In this document: in pieces, positions 8,873-19,093 of the stretch
Layout: each line of letters begins with the position of its first letter
How positions within the stretch are numbered: position 1 is the first letter of the stretch
NCBI GenBank assembly: GCA_963665735.1
Contig: OY762444.1
Coordinates: 2,025,828-2,089,827 of the forward strand
Reading direction: 5' to 3'
Length of the DNA: 64,000 nt
Origin: Dehalococcoidia bacterium
GTDB lineage: Bacteria; Chloroflexota; Dehalococcoidia; Lucifugimonadales; UBA3495
The notes under the pieces: generated by a model
The model's database searches: none
What the model was told of the DNA's origin: nothing
Seen by the model: only the letters and a program-made list of their open reading frames with translations
Translations under genes and position numbers: made by a program

Positions 8873-10750
8873 CTAATGGATGCCGTCGAGGGCGCGGTCG
8901 AGGTTCAGGGCGGAGCTTATCAGGGCCAGGTGGGTGAAGGCTTGGGGGAAGTTGCCCAGGCTTTCGCCGCTGTGTCCGGTCTCTTCGGCGTAAAGTCCCA
9001 GGTGGTTGGCGTAGCCCAGCATCTTCTCGAACATTAGCTGGGCCTGGTCGAGACGGGCGGGGTCGGACCAGCCGGCGCGGGTCAGGGCCTCTACCAGCCA
9101 GAAGGTGCAGATGTTGAAGGTTCCTTCCTGGCCGGCCATGCCGTCGGGGGAACGCTCAACGTCGTAGCGGTACACCAAGCTGTTGGAGACCAGCCCACCC
9201 TCTTCCGGGGAACGGTTAATGGCGTCCAGGGTCTGAATCATGCGGGGGTCGTTGGGGGCCATGAAAAAGACCAGGGGCATGATGAGGTTGGAGGCGTCCA
9301 GGTTGTCGCTGCCGTAAGCCTGGACGAAGGCTTTGCGGTCTTCGTTCCAGCCCCGTTTCATAATGTCTTCGTAAATCAGGTCGCGGGTGCGGTGCCAGCG
9401 TTCCCGGTCGGCGGGGAAGGAACGGCCGTCGGCGACGCGCAAGGCCCGGTCAAGAGCAACCCAGCACATCAGCTTGGAATAGACGAAGTGGTCCTGGCCG
9501 CTGCGGATTTCCCAGATGCCTTCGTCGGGGCGCTGCCAGTTGTCGCAGACCCAGTTAATCAACCGGCGCAGGTGGTCCCAGAAGTCGTAGGAAATGGGGT
9601 GGCCGTAGCGGTTGTAGAGATAAACGGCGTCCATTAACTCGCCGTAGATGTCCAGCTGGAGTTGGTCATAGGCGCCGTTGCCGATACGCACCGGGCGGGA
9701 ACCGCGGTAGCCGTCCAGGTGGGTCAAAGCGTCTTCGAGCAGGTGGTGGCGTCCGTCAATGCCGTACATGATTTGGAGAGCCTCATCCGGTTCAAGCTCG
9801 GTAATGCGGGCCTCAACCCAGTTCATAAACCGGGTGGCCTCGTCGGTAAAGCCGATGCGGAGCAGGGCGTAGAGGGTAAAAGCGGCGTCGCGAATCCAGG
9901 TGTAGCGGTAGTCCCAATTGCGTTCACCGCCCATTTCCTCGGGGAGGCTGCAAGTGGGGGCGGCGATGATGGCGCCGGTGGGGTGGTAGGTTAGGAGTTT
10001 CAGCACCAAGGCGGAGCGTTCCACGATTTCCCGCCAGCGGCCCCGGTAGGTGCACTGGGACAGCCAACGGCGCCAGTAGGTAACGGTGTCCTCGAAAATG
10101 CGCTGACTTTCGTCCTGGGAGAAGGGCGGGAGGTAGTCGCCGCACTTTTCGCAAACGTCGCCGATGGCGAAGGCGACGGTCTGGCCTTCGCGCAGGGTAA
10201 ATTCGGCCACCATGCCCTCGCCGGGGGGAGAGTCGTAGTCGGGGAGGCAGCGTTCCAGGGGGACGTTGGCGGACAACTGGAGCCAGGTGGGACTGTAATC
10301 GGGGACGAAGTAGGCGCCGGAATCCGCCAGTTCGACTACCTTGTGGGTGTCACGCCCGTAGTCGAAGGCCGGGAAACATTCCATGCGGAACCGCATGGAG
10401 CCGCGGACGACGTTGACCCGGCGCACCAGTTCGTTGTGTTCGTGGTCGTATTGGGACTGGTCGGTCTCCATTGGCATGAAGTCGGTGACTTCGCCGACGC
10501 CGTCGGGGGAGAGGAACCGGGTGACCAGCACGTTGGTCTGGGGCCAGTAGATTTGCTTTTGGTTCAGGCCGGCGGTGGTGGGGGCGATTCGGAAATGGCC
10601 GCCCCTGGTATCGTCGAGGATGGCGCCGAAAACGCTGGGGGAGTCGAAGCCGGGCATACAGAACCAGTCAATGGAGCCGTTCATGCCCACCAGGGCGACG
10701 GTGTGCATATTGCCGATGACGCCGTAGTTCTCGATTGGCTGATAGCCCAT
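8873..10750 (-). CDS. Glycoside hydrolase family 15 (trehalase/glucoamylase-like)
   Basis: [28 protein letters not shown] and GNFPQAFTH motifs. Confidence 0.95.
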   Translation of the reverse strand: MGYQPIENYGVIGNMHTVALVGMNGSIDWFCMPGFDSPSVFGAILDDTRGGHFRIAPTTAGLNQKQIYWPQTNVLVTRFLSPDGVGEVTDFMPMETDQSQYDHEHNELVRRVNVVRGSMRFRMECFPAFDYGRDTHKVVELADSGAYFVPDYSPTWLQLSANVPLERCLPDYDSPPGEGMVAEFTLREGQTVAFAIGDVCEKCGDYLPPFSQDESQRIFEDTVTYWRRWLSQCTYRGRWREIVERSALVLKLLTYHPTGAIIAAPTCSLPEEMGGERNWDYRYTWIRDAAFTLYALLRIGFTDEATRFMNWVEARITELEPDEALQIMYGIDGRHHLLEDALTHLDGYRGSRPVRIGNGAYDQLQLDIYGELMDAVYLYNRYGHPISYDFWDHLRRLINWVCDNWQRPDEGIWEIRSGQDHFVYSKLMCWVALDRALRVADGRSFPADRERWHRTRDLIYEDIMKRGWNEDRKAFVQAYGSDNLDASNLIMPLVFFMAPNDPRMIQTLDAINRSPEEGGLVSNSLVYRYDVERSPDGMAGQEGTFNICTFWLVEALTRAGWSDPARLDQAQLMFEKMLGYANHLGLYAEETGHSGESLGNFPQAFTHLALISSALNLDRALDGIH

Positions 10751-10935
10751 GCCGGACCCTCGGTTGAAGGAATTGGCGGGCCGGGCCGGCCCACCCTGGC
10801 CGTCGCAACGGCGTTACTATATTAACAGGATGCAACCGGCGATGGTCAGGGGTTTGGGTTGAATCGTTGGGCGGTTTCACATTCCCGGACGGCGATGGTT
10901 TTCCCGCCAAACTCCGTGCGGGGCGGCGCGCCCGG

Positions 10936-10944
10936 TGGTATAAT
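10936..10944 (+). promoter_or_regulatory. Extended -10 promoter
   Basis: TGgTATAAT upstream of the AAGGAG RBS of 10965. Confidence 0.6.
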
Positions 10945-10964
10945 CAGCCCACCGAAGGAGTCCC

Positions 10965-11732
10965 ATGACAACCATCAACGACATCGCCGACCTGGTGCGC
11001 ATAATCCGTGAACAACCGGAATGGGCTGATACCCTGCGGGGCATCCTCCTGGGCCGGGAACTTCTGGAACTGCCGGAACGGTTTGCCCGTTTCGTAGAGG
11101 CCACCGAGCGCAACTTTGAGGTGGTCAACGCCCGCCTGGAACAGCTGGAGGCCGGCCAACAACAGCTGGAGGCCGGCCAACAACGGCTGGAAACCGAGTT
11201 GGTGGATTTCAAGGACAGCGTGAACCGGCGGCTGGACCGGATGGACGGACGGCTGGACCGGATGGATGGACGCATGGACCGGATGGACGGACGCATGGAT
11301 AATGCCTTAGGAACCCTCTACGAGTTACACATCGGGAAAAACCTCCAAAGCATCGCCGGTCAAAAACTTGGACTCCGCAGCGCCAGGGTACTTCACGGCT
11401 CTCCCACCGGCAGCGATTTGCCGTTCCTCCGCCGTTCCGAATCGGCGGTGGATAGGGGCCTAATTACCTGGGAGCAGCACGACCTCCTTTGGAATGCCGA
11501 TTTCATCGTCACCGGACGCAGTAGGGCCGATGGAACCCCCGTGCAGGCCGTCGGCGAGGCCAGCATCACCGCCGGCAACGACGACATTGACCGCGCCCAG
11601 GAACGGGCCGACATCCTGGCTGCCTTGACCGGCCAGCCGGCAACCCCCGTCGTCGTCTGCGCCAACATTGACGACGAGCGGGAACGGCGAGCCCGGGACC
11701 AAGGCGTCACCGTCGTCCTGGCCCCCCAATAG
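10965..11732 (+). CDS. Coiled-coil heptad-repeat protein with a PD-(D/E)xK-like C-terminal domain
   Basis: QQLEAGQ and R(L/M)DRMDG repeats followed by ADFIV.G...AVGEAS; RBS present. Confidence 0.75.
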   Translation: MTTINDIADLVRIIREQPEWADTLRGILLGRELLELPERFARFVEATERNFEVVNARLEQLEAGQQQLEAGQQRLETELVDFKDSVNRRLDRMDGRLDRMDGRMDRMDGRMDNALGTLYELHIGKNLQSIAGQKLGLRSARVLHGSPTGSDLPFLRRSESAVDRGLITWEQHDLLWNADFIVTGRSRADGTPVQAVGEASITAGNDDIDRAQERADILAALTGQPATPVVVCANIDDERERRARDQGVTVVLAPQ

Positions 11733-11798
11733 CCCCTACCAGGGACATCCCCCAAGGCGAAAATCCCCGCGCGCATCGCCTTCATCCCCTCCCCTGTT

Positions 11799-11963
11799 CA
11801 GGACGATTGCAAAGTCCGCCGCCCAAGGATGGGAGGTGGTTCGGGACGGGGTTACATACCTCCGACGTGAGGTTCACCCCCATCCTAACCTTGCCCCGTC
11901 AAGGGGGAAGGGACTATTGAAACACCTCCCAACACTGTTCCTACCGGCTTTGCAATCGTCCTG
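11799..11963. mobile_element. MITE with CAGGACGATTGCAAAG terminal inverted repeats carrying an internal C/G hairpin
   Basis: Same ends as 2743-2857; the right-hand part is also present at ~26690-26775. Confidence 0.65.
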
Positions 11964-12014
11964 TCTCCCTATTAGGGAGAGGGTGACACTCCCCTCCCCC
12001 TTGACTGCACAGCG

Positions 12015-13763
12015 CTACTGGTCCACGTGGCAACTGATGATGTCTATTCCGTGATACTTGCGGTGGTGCACCGATGAGGCGTAGTGGCGGAGGATGCGGA
12101 TGGACAATTCCTGTTCGTCTGCCAGCGACTGGTCCTGGCCCAGATAGGCCACCCGGTTCTCGATATTCCCCTGGATGGCGTCGCCGGAAGCGACTACGAT
12201 TTCAAGCTCCGCGGAGGCACCGTCGGGGCGAATGGTGGCAACCAACCGGCGCTTTTGCTCTACAGGGCCGGCGCTGTCCTGGTCAATCTCTTCATTGAGC
12301 AGGCTAAGTATGACCTCTTCTCCCACCAGGCGCAGCCGGTCTTTCCCGGCCTCCGGCCAGGAATGTTTGTCGGCGAACCGGCTGAGGAAATCGTCCATGT
12401 CGTTCAGGGAGGACTCGGACAGGTCAATCTGGAGCTTGCTGGCGCGAAAACCGGATAATTCGGTGAATGCGGTCATGGCCATGGCCGCCATTCCGCCCAT
12501 GACGATGGGACTGCCGGCCAGATGACTGGCAACCCCATCGAAGAATCCGCTCAAAGCCCCGGCGGACAGGCCCAACACCATAGAGACCCCGGCGATGGCC
12601 GTCTTCTTCTGGTCAACCTGGCCGGCAAAGACCGTTTTCGCGCCCTCGATAAAAAGATTGCCGAAGATGATGACGTAAACCGCGCTAACCACCGGGCTGG
12701 GAATGGCGACCAATACGGCCAGCAGCTTGGAAAAGAAGGCGACGGCTATGGTCAACAGTCCCAGATATATCCCGACGCTCCTGGCGGCGATGCCGTTAAA
12801 GCCGATATAGACCACGGTGGTTGACCAGGGCGCGGCGACAGTCAAGGTTCCCAGGAGGCCGGAAAGCAAGGTTCCCACGCCGTAAACATTCATGCCCCCC
12901 TGCACCGCGCGGAAGTCAACGGCGGATTGATTGCGGTAGGAGGCGTGGTAAATTACCGATAAGTCGCCCACCGCTTTCATAAAGGCGGTGAGATTCACGA
13001 ACACAAAGACCGGGAGCAACGCCCAGAACTCCGGGCCAAAGGCCAGGTCCAGCCCCGGCCACCCGGTTTGGGGCAGGCGCAGCCACGGAGTATCAAATAT
13101 GATGCCAGCGTCGTAACTGCCCAGGGGCATGGCTACAATCAGACCGACGGCTACGGTGACGGGCAAAATCCACATCCGCCAGGCCGGTCTTTCGTGCAGG
13201 GATATGAAGATACCGGCGGCCAAAGCCGCTATTCCCGGGGCCAGGAAAAGGGCCGTTGATTGGCCTTCCGCCGGAACGACGGCCCGGTTGATGATGAAAG
13301 GCACCGCCGAAACCGCCACCAGCATTACCACTATGCCGCTGACCGTCTGGGTAAATATGCGGCGCAGGGAGGCCAGGCGCAGGGTCAAAACGGATTGAAC
13401 CAGGGTAGAGGCCACCACCAGGCTGGCCAGCAAACCGGGGCCTCCGGCGTGGAGGGCCAAGGCGCAAACCGCCAGGAAGGGGACATTGAAGTTGGCGACA
13501 ACTAGGCCGCCGGAGCCGAAATGCCGCAGCCGGAGGGTTTGCAGAATCATGCTGGCCCCGGTGACTGCCAGCGCCGTAAATGTCACCCATGACAGATAGG
13601 CTTCGGACTCGCCGGAGGCCCGCACCACCAGCGCGGTCAGCATGATGAGGCCGATGGTGTTGGGTATGAATATCTGGACAGCCGAGGCTATCGCCAGCAG
13701 CGGCGGACACTTCTCATCCGGTTGGTACTGGATTCCGGGGCGTCGGTGGGCTTTTCCGAACAT
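12015..13763 (-). CDS. NCS2 permease with C-terminal degenerate HATPase_c/RsbW-like domain (paralog of 6529-8274)
   Basis: YQPDEK.PP N-terminus, VDFR..QG, AARSVG, IPSPV; tail KDRLRLVGEE...ELSIRILRHYASSV.HR.YH..DII. Confidence 0.85.
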   Translation of the reverse strand: MFGKAHRRPGIQYQPDEKCPPLLAIASAVQIFIPNTIGLIMLTALVVRASGESEAYLSWVTFTALAVTGASMILQTLRLRHFGSGGLVVANFNVPFLAVCALALHAGGPGLLASLVVASTLVQSVLTLRLASLRRIFTQTVSGIVVMLVAVSAVPFIINRAVVPAEGQSTALFLAPGIAALAAGIFISLHERPAWRMWILPVTVAVGLIVAMPLGSYDAGIIFDTPWLRLPQTGWPGLDLAFGPEFWALLPVFVFVNLTAFMKAVGDLSVIYHASYRNQSAVDFRAVQGGMNVYGVGTLLSGLLGTLTVAAPWSTTVVYIGFNGIAARSVGIYLGLLTIAVAFFSKLLAVLVAIPSPVVSAVYVIIFGNLFIEGAKTVFAGQVDQKKTAIAGVSMVLGLSAGALSGFFDGVASHLAGSPIVMGGMAAMAMTAFTELSGFRASKLQIDLSESSLNDMDDFLSRFADKHSWPEAGKDRLRLVGEEVILSLLNEEIDQDSAGPVEQKRRLVATIRPDGASAELEIVVASGDAIQGNIENRVAYLGQDQSLADEQELSIRILRHYASSVHHRKYHGIDIISCHVDQ

Positions 13764-14131
13764 TTAGATAAAACCCCAAGCCGCGATAGCGCGACGATAA
13801 ATCGCCGCTGCCGGCTGCACTGGGGGGATTTTATCATCATCCACCATTCACGCGGGGATAAGTCCGCCGAATAGGTCAGGGCCTTTCGATTGTTGCAGTG
13901 TTCACCCCAATGTTACCTTGAACGAAGTGAAGGGTCTAACATTCCAAGGGTAAGGCGACCCCTTCGACTATGCTCAGGACAGGGTTGGCGAAGGCAAGAA
14001 TTTTAGATTCTTCGCTATGCTCAGAATAGCATGGGGATTGCTTAGAATGACATACTTGGGACATTGACCGAAAATCAAAAAACCCTGCTCCGAATAGATG
14101 CACTAGAAATCATTTTATGGACATGATACCG

Positions 14132-14149
14132 TGTATTAAGGGCAATACA
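14132..14149. promoter_or_regulatory. Putative operator, TGTATT-N6-AATACA
   Basis: Perfect 6-6-6 dyad in the AT-rich divergent intergenic region, ~50 nt upstream of 14201. Confidence 0.35.
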
Positions 14150-14200
14150 TTAGTCCCCGTTGAATCAACCAGGGGACACCAAACGGGAGGGGTCTGATTC

Positions 14201-17200
14201 ATGTTGCGAACCGGGCGAGGGCACAAAGCGGGGGCCAACGGCACAAAACGGAATAACCGGCGAGCGCCGGCCGGGGTCAGAGCATTGTTCTTGTTTCTGT
14301 TGGCGGCTTCCTTTGCGGCCTTGGTAGCTGCCTGCGGGGAAGACCCTTCGCCAACGGCAGTCCCCGCGCCAACCGCGGCCCCGCAGCCGGCGCCGGCCGC
14401 TACTACGGCTCCGCAACCGACGCCAACGGCTACGACAGCCCCGCAACCGACGCCCGCGCCCGCGCCTGCGCCGACGGCCACCCCGCAACCGACTCCGGCG
14501 CCCACGGCCACCCCGACTCCGGAGCCGACGCCGATGCCAGCGCCTACGCCGGCGCCCGAACCTCAACCTGACGAGACGGAAGCCGAGGCCGCCACCCGCG
14601 CCTATATAACGAGCGCCATTGAATACTACGGAGAGAACGGGCCGGACGCCACCGTCGAGTTCTACAAGTCTCCGGCGGGTATCCAGAACGGGCTGATGCT
14701 GACCCTCGTGGACAAATCCGAAGGCAAATTGCTGATTTACCCAACCCTTCCCTCTCTGGAAGGCCAATACGTTGGCCCAGGCTCGTCATTTCCCGGCCTC
14801 GCGGGGTTGCTGAGAGCTGCCTCCGCGGAGGGTTACTGGACTAATTTTCGGAGCATAAACCCGGTCACCAAGCAGGAAGAACCACGGCGCATTTTGGCCG
14901 TGCTTCACGATGGCCTGGTGTTCTTTGCCAGCCATTCGATCCTGACGGAGGATGTAGCGGATTCCACCCAGGAATACGTGGAAAAGGCCATAGCCAGGTA
15001 CGAAAAGGACGAGCTGGAGGCGACCATCGAGCATTACAACAGCCTGGACAGCCTGGACGGGCAGTTCTACCTGTTCCTTATCGGCGCCGACGACAACTAC
15101 CTGGCTCATCCCATCTTTCCCCACCTCATCGGGTCTGACATCAAGGACGTGGTGGGTTCCGACGGGCAGGAATTGGGCCAGGAGATAGCCGAGGCCACCG
15201 AAGAAGGCATCTGGGTGGAATACCTGTGGCCCCATCCCGTATCGCGGAAGGAGCAACAAAAGGTCACTTGGGCCGTCCGCCACGACGGGCTGATATTCGC
15301 CTCCGGTTATTACGCCGGCGGCCTCGAGGTCGAGGTTCCGCCCTGGCAGGACGCCGACCCCCGGGAATACACCGTCCAGTACGTGAACCGGGCCATTGAG
15401 CGTTACGAGCAGGACGGGCTGGAATCCATGCTCAACTACTACAACAGCGTCGCCAGCTTTGAAGGCGAATGGTATCTCTTCGCCACAGACGAAAACGACA
15501 TCTATCACGTCCATCCCCTGCTGCCCGGGCTGATAGGGAAGGACATCAAGGACGTGGTGGGTTCGGACGGTTACGAATTAGGCAAGGAACTGGCCAAGGC
15601 CACCGAGGAAGGCGTTTGGGTGGAATACCTGTGGCCGCACCCGGTAACGCTGAAAGAGGTTCCCAAGGTGGGTTACGCGGTGCGCCGAGACGGGATGCTC
15701 TTCGCCTCCGGCTACTACGTTCAGGTTGACGACCCGCCGGCCCATACCCAAGCCTACGTGCAACAAGCTATCGAGTACTACCAGGCCAACGGGCTGGAAT
15801 CCACCATCGCCCATTACAACAGCCAGGACAGCGTTGACGGCCAGTGGAGCTTGACCCTGGCGGATAAGAAGGACATCGTGCGCGTCGCTATCCTGACGCC
15901 CGGACTGGTAGGCACCGACTTGAAAGACCTGGGCGCGGGGGCGATTCGTCAGATTGGCAAAGAATTCGCGGCGGCCACCGAGAGGGGCCGCTGGGTGAGC
16001 CACGTCTTCCCCAACATACGGTCTTCGGAGACCCTGTACGCCCATAATTGGGTCATCCGCCACGATGGGCTGCTTTTCATGTCGCGCTACTACGACGACA
16101 GTCCGGAAGTGCCGGACACGGCGAAGACTGATGACGCGCTGACGCTGGCCTACGTTCAAAAGGCGATAGGTCGGTACGAGAGGGAAGGGCTGGATGCGAC
16201 GGTCGCCTACTACAACAGCGAAGAGAGCGTGGAGGGCGAGCGTGGACTCCGAATCTACGACGCCGCAACCCAGACGATGCTGGCGTCTGGGTTGTTCCCG
16301 GTGGAAAGAGGAGAGAAACGTCTCTCTATCGGTTCCCTGTCCGAGCTGGTGAAATTCTTCGAGGGGGCAACTGAGGAGGCGCGGTGGTTGGATAAAGTGG
16401 GCCACGACAGGAATTTCCAAGATGTTCCCAAGCGTGTAGTCGCGATACTTCATGACGGGCTGGTGTTCTCCGCCAGCCACGTTACCCTCCAGGAAAATGT
16501 GGCTGAGGCCACCAAGCATTACGTGAGCAGGGCGATAGCCCGCTACGACGAAGAGGGACTGGACGCGACAGTGGCCCATTTCAACAGCCAGGAAAGCCTA
16601 GATGGGAACTTCTATCTGTTCCTCATCGGGGCGGACGACATCTACGTTGCCCATCCGATATTCCCACACCTGATAGGAACGGACATAAAGGACGTGGTGG
16701 GTTCGGACGGGCAGGAACTGGGCAAGGAGATAGCGCAGGCGACCGAGGACGGGATATGGGTTGAGTACCTATGGCCCAACCCTATTACACGGATTGAGGA
16801 GTACAAGACCACCTGGGCTATCCGGCACAACGGGCTGATATTCGCGTCGGGCTACTACACGGCCGGGGATGAGGTATTGGAGACGCCGTGGAAGGATGCC
16901 GACCCGCGCGAGTACACAGTGGATTACGTGGACCGCGCTATCGCTCGGTACGAGAGGGACGGTCCGGACGCGATGAAGGCGTACTACAACAGCGTGGCGA
17001 GTTTTGAGGGCCAGTGGTATCTGTTCGCGATGGACGAGAACGACATATACATCGTTCATTCGCTGCTTCCGCGCCTGATAGGAACGGACATAAAGGACGT
17101 GGTGGGTTCGGACGGGTATGAGTTGGGCAAGGAGATAGCGAAGGCGACGGAGGAGGGCATCTGGGTGGAATATCTGTGGCCCCATCCGGTGACGCTTAGG

Positions 17201-17653
17201 GACGCTCCCAAGGTTGGGTACGCCAAACGGCACGACGGCATGATATTCGCTTCGGGCTACTATCCGGAAGTCTCAGATCCCAGGGCGTACACCGAAGATT
17301 ACGTGCAGACGGCGATAGACTACTACGAGGCGAATGGGCTGGATGCGACGGTCGCCTACTACAACAGTCAGGAAAGCGTGGATGGACAGTGGTACCTGAT
17401 CCTCGCGGACGGCTCGGACGGCATCGGCTTGGTACATCCGATTACGTCCATAGCAGTTGGCAAAGACATCAGGATTCTCAAGGGCTTCATAGCTGGAGAG
17501 CCAGTCGGCGAGTTGATTTTCAACGCGCCAGAGGAAGGACACTGGTTCGAATTCCTGTTCGCTCTCTCCAACACGTCGGAGATATTGACCAAGCATATGT
17601 GGTCAATCCGACACGCCGGGCTGATATTCACGTCGGGCTACTACGCCGACTAG
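14201..17653 (+). CDS. Lipoprotein with Pro/Thr/Ala linker and eight tandem single-Cache domains
   Basis: Lipobox LVAAC; PTA repeats; eight units of YV..AI..Y...G / YLF....D....HP / G.WVEY.WP.P / HDG..F.SGYY. Confidence 0.9.
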   Translation: MLRTGRGHKAGANGTKRNNRRAPAGVRALFLFLLAASFAALVAACGEDPSPTAVPAPTAAPQPAPAATTAPQPTPTATTAPQPTPAPAPAPTATPQPTPAPTATPTPEPTPMPAPTPAPEPQPDETEAEAATRAYITSAIEYYGENGPDATVEFYKSPAGIQNGLMLTLVDKSEGKLLIYPTLPSLEGQYVGPGSSFPGLAGLLRAASAEGYWTNFRSINPVTKQEEPRRILAVLHDGLVFFASHSILTEDVADSTQEYVEKAIARYEKDELEATIEHYNSLDSLDGQFYLFLIGADDNYLAHPIFPHLIGSDIKDVVGSDGQELGQEIAEATEEGIWVEYLWPHPVSRKEQQKVTWAVRHDGLIFASGYYAGGLEVEVPPWQDADPREYTVQYVNRAIERYEQDGLESMLNYYNSVASFEGEWYLFATDENDIYHVHPLLPGLIGKDIKDVVGSDGYELGKELAKATEEGVWVEYLWPHPVTLKEVPKVGYAVRRDGMLFASGYYVQVDDPPAHTQAYVQQAIEYYQANGLESTIAHYNSQDSVDGQWSLTLADKKDIVRVAILTPGLVGTDLKDLGAGAIRQIGKEFAAATERGRWVSHVFPNIRSSETLYAHNWVIRHDGLLFMSRYYDDSPEVPDTAKTDDALTLAYVQKAIGRYEREGLDATVAYYNSEESVEGERGLRIYDAATQTMLASGLFPVERGEKRLSIGSLSELVKFFEGATEEARWLDKVGHDRNFQDVPKRVVAILHDGLVFSASHVTLQENVAEATKHYVSRAIARYDEEGLDATVAHFNSQESLDGNFYLFLIGADDIYVAHPIFPHLIGTDIKDVVGSDGQELGKEIAQATEDGIWVEYLWPNPITRIEEYKTTWAIRHNGLIFASGYYTAGDEVLETPWKDADPREYTVDYVDRAIARYERDGPDAMKAYYNSVASFEGQWYLFAMDENDIYIVHSLLPRLIGTDIKDVVGSDGYELGKEIAKATEEGIWVEYLWPHPVTLRDAPKVGYAKRHDGMIFASGYYPEVSDPRAYTEDYVQTAIDYYEANGLDATVAYYNSQESVDGQWYLILADGSDGIGLVHPITSIAVGKDIRILKGFIAGEPVGELIFNAPEEGHWFEFLFALSNTSEILTKHMWSIRHAGLIFTSGYYAD

Positions 17654-18074
17654 CCCGGCGTTCCCGACTCTGCCAACTGACCGATGACGCCCTGACCCGC
17701 GCCGGCGCGGGTCAGGGGTTTAGGTTGAATCGTTGGCGGTTTGGCGGTGGCGGCATGGTTCCGCCGCAACCCCGCCCGTGGAATGGGCGGGGTTTTGATT
17801 TTCCGTCCACCCGTGAATATGTAATTCTGAGCAAAGCGAAGAATCTAAAATTCTTGCCTTCGACAACGCGGCCTTGCCAGAATGATTCTAGACCCTTCAC
17901 TTCGTTCAGGGTGACATGGATGGGGTTGAGGGAAACAATAAAAACGACACTGCTGGAATGAGGGAGAGGATGGAATCGTCCGGCGGACAAAGGTAGAATA
18001 GCCGCCGCCAACAAGGGTATATTATCCGGGGCAATTGCGGGAGGCCGGCCCCGCAATGGTGGGATTGCGCCGGG

Positions 18075-19016
18075 TTGGGCCGGGCCGAATCTGGACAAGG
18101 AACGCGGCAGCCACAGTTGGACGCGATAGAAAACACTACCGGGGAAGTTGGAAGGGGAAACCCGCCGGGGCCGCAATCGGGGGCGTGGCGGGTGGTGCGT
18201 TTTTGCCGGAGGGTGGTAAAGGCGCATTTCTTCGAGTGGACGATAATCGGGGTTATCCTGGCCAACAGCGTGCTGCTGGGGATGGGAACGTCGGTTTACC
18301 TGGAGGAACACTACGGCAACTGGCTGCACCTGGGTAACCAGGTGGCGCTGGCGATTTTCATCATCGAAGCGGTCTTGAAGATTACCGCCGTGGCGCCCCG
18401 GATAGACCGCTACTTCAAGGACGGCTGGAACCTTTTCGACTTCGCGATTATCGTGTTTGCCCTGGTGCCGATGACCGGGCAGTTCGCGATGATTGCGCGG
18501 CTGGCGCGGCTGCTGCGGGTCTTGCGGCTCATATCCGCCATCAAGGAACTGCGGCTTATCGTCACGGCGTTGGTGCGCTCCATTCCCAGCGTGGGCCACG
18601 TGATGATGCTGATGGGCATTATCGTTTACATTTATGCCATCGTGGGGTATCACCTGTTCCACCAGCACGACCCGGACAACTGGCGCACCCTGGGGGTTTC
18701 GGTGCTGACGCTGTTCAACATCATTACGCTGGAAGGGTGGACGGAGGTGATGCGGAAGGCGATGGAGTTGAATCCGCTGGCCTGGATTTACTTCGTCAGC
18801 TTTGTGGTTGTCGGCACTTTCGTGGCGATAAATATGTTCATCGCCGTAATCATCAACAACCTGGACGAGGCCAAGGCGGAGCGTCTGCGGGATTTGCAGA
18901 CGCCGCCCTCGCAGGAAGAGCTGCTGCGGGAGATACGGTCGGCGCGGGAGGCATTGCGACGGCTGGAGGAACGGCTGGACAACGAAGACCGTCCGCAAAC
19001 CGGGGCCGGGGGTTGA
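18075..19016 (+). CDS. Voltage-gated cation channel (BacNav/Cav family); true start may be downstream
   Basis: YFKDGWNLFDF, S4 RLARLLRVLR, filter TLEGW, S6 N.FIAVII and C-terminal coiled coil. Confidence 0.92.
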   Translation: MGRAESGQGTRQPQLDAIENTTGEVGRGNPPGPQSGAWRVVRFCRRVVKAHFFEWTIIGVILANSVLLGMGTSVYLEEHYGNWLHLGNQVALAIFIIEAVLKITAVAPRIDRYFKDGWNLFDFAIIVFALVPMTGQFAMIARLARLLRVLRLISAIKELRLIVTALVRSIPSVGHVMMLMGIIVYIYAIVGYHLFHQHDPDNWRTLGVSVLTLFNIITLEGWTEVMRKAMELNPLAWIYFVSFVVVGTFVAINMFIAVIINNLDEAKAERLRDLQTPPSQEELLREIRSAREALRRLEERLDNEDRPQTGAGG

Positions 19017-19093
19017 CCGCCGTTGGGTGGCCGGGGCTGATATACTCTTGGGGGCAACTAACGGCTACGGCGGACGCGGCAAGGGCAAAGGCT

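Noticed and set aside
18737-19093. N-terminal extension of the 827 aa ORF
   Set aside because: Overlaps the channel gene in another frame; homology starts near ATG 19094
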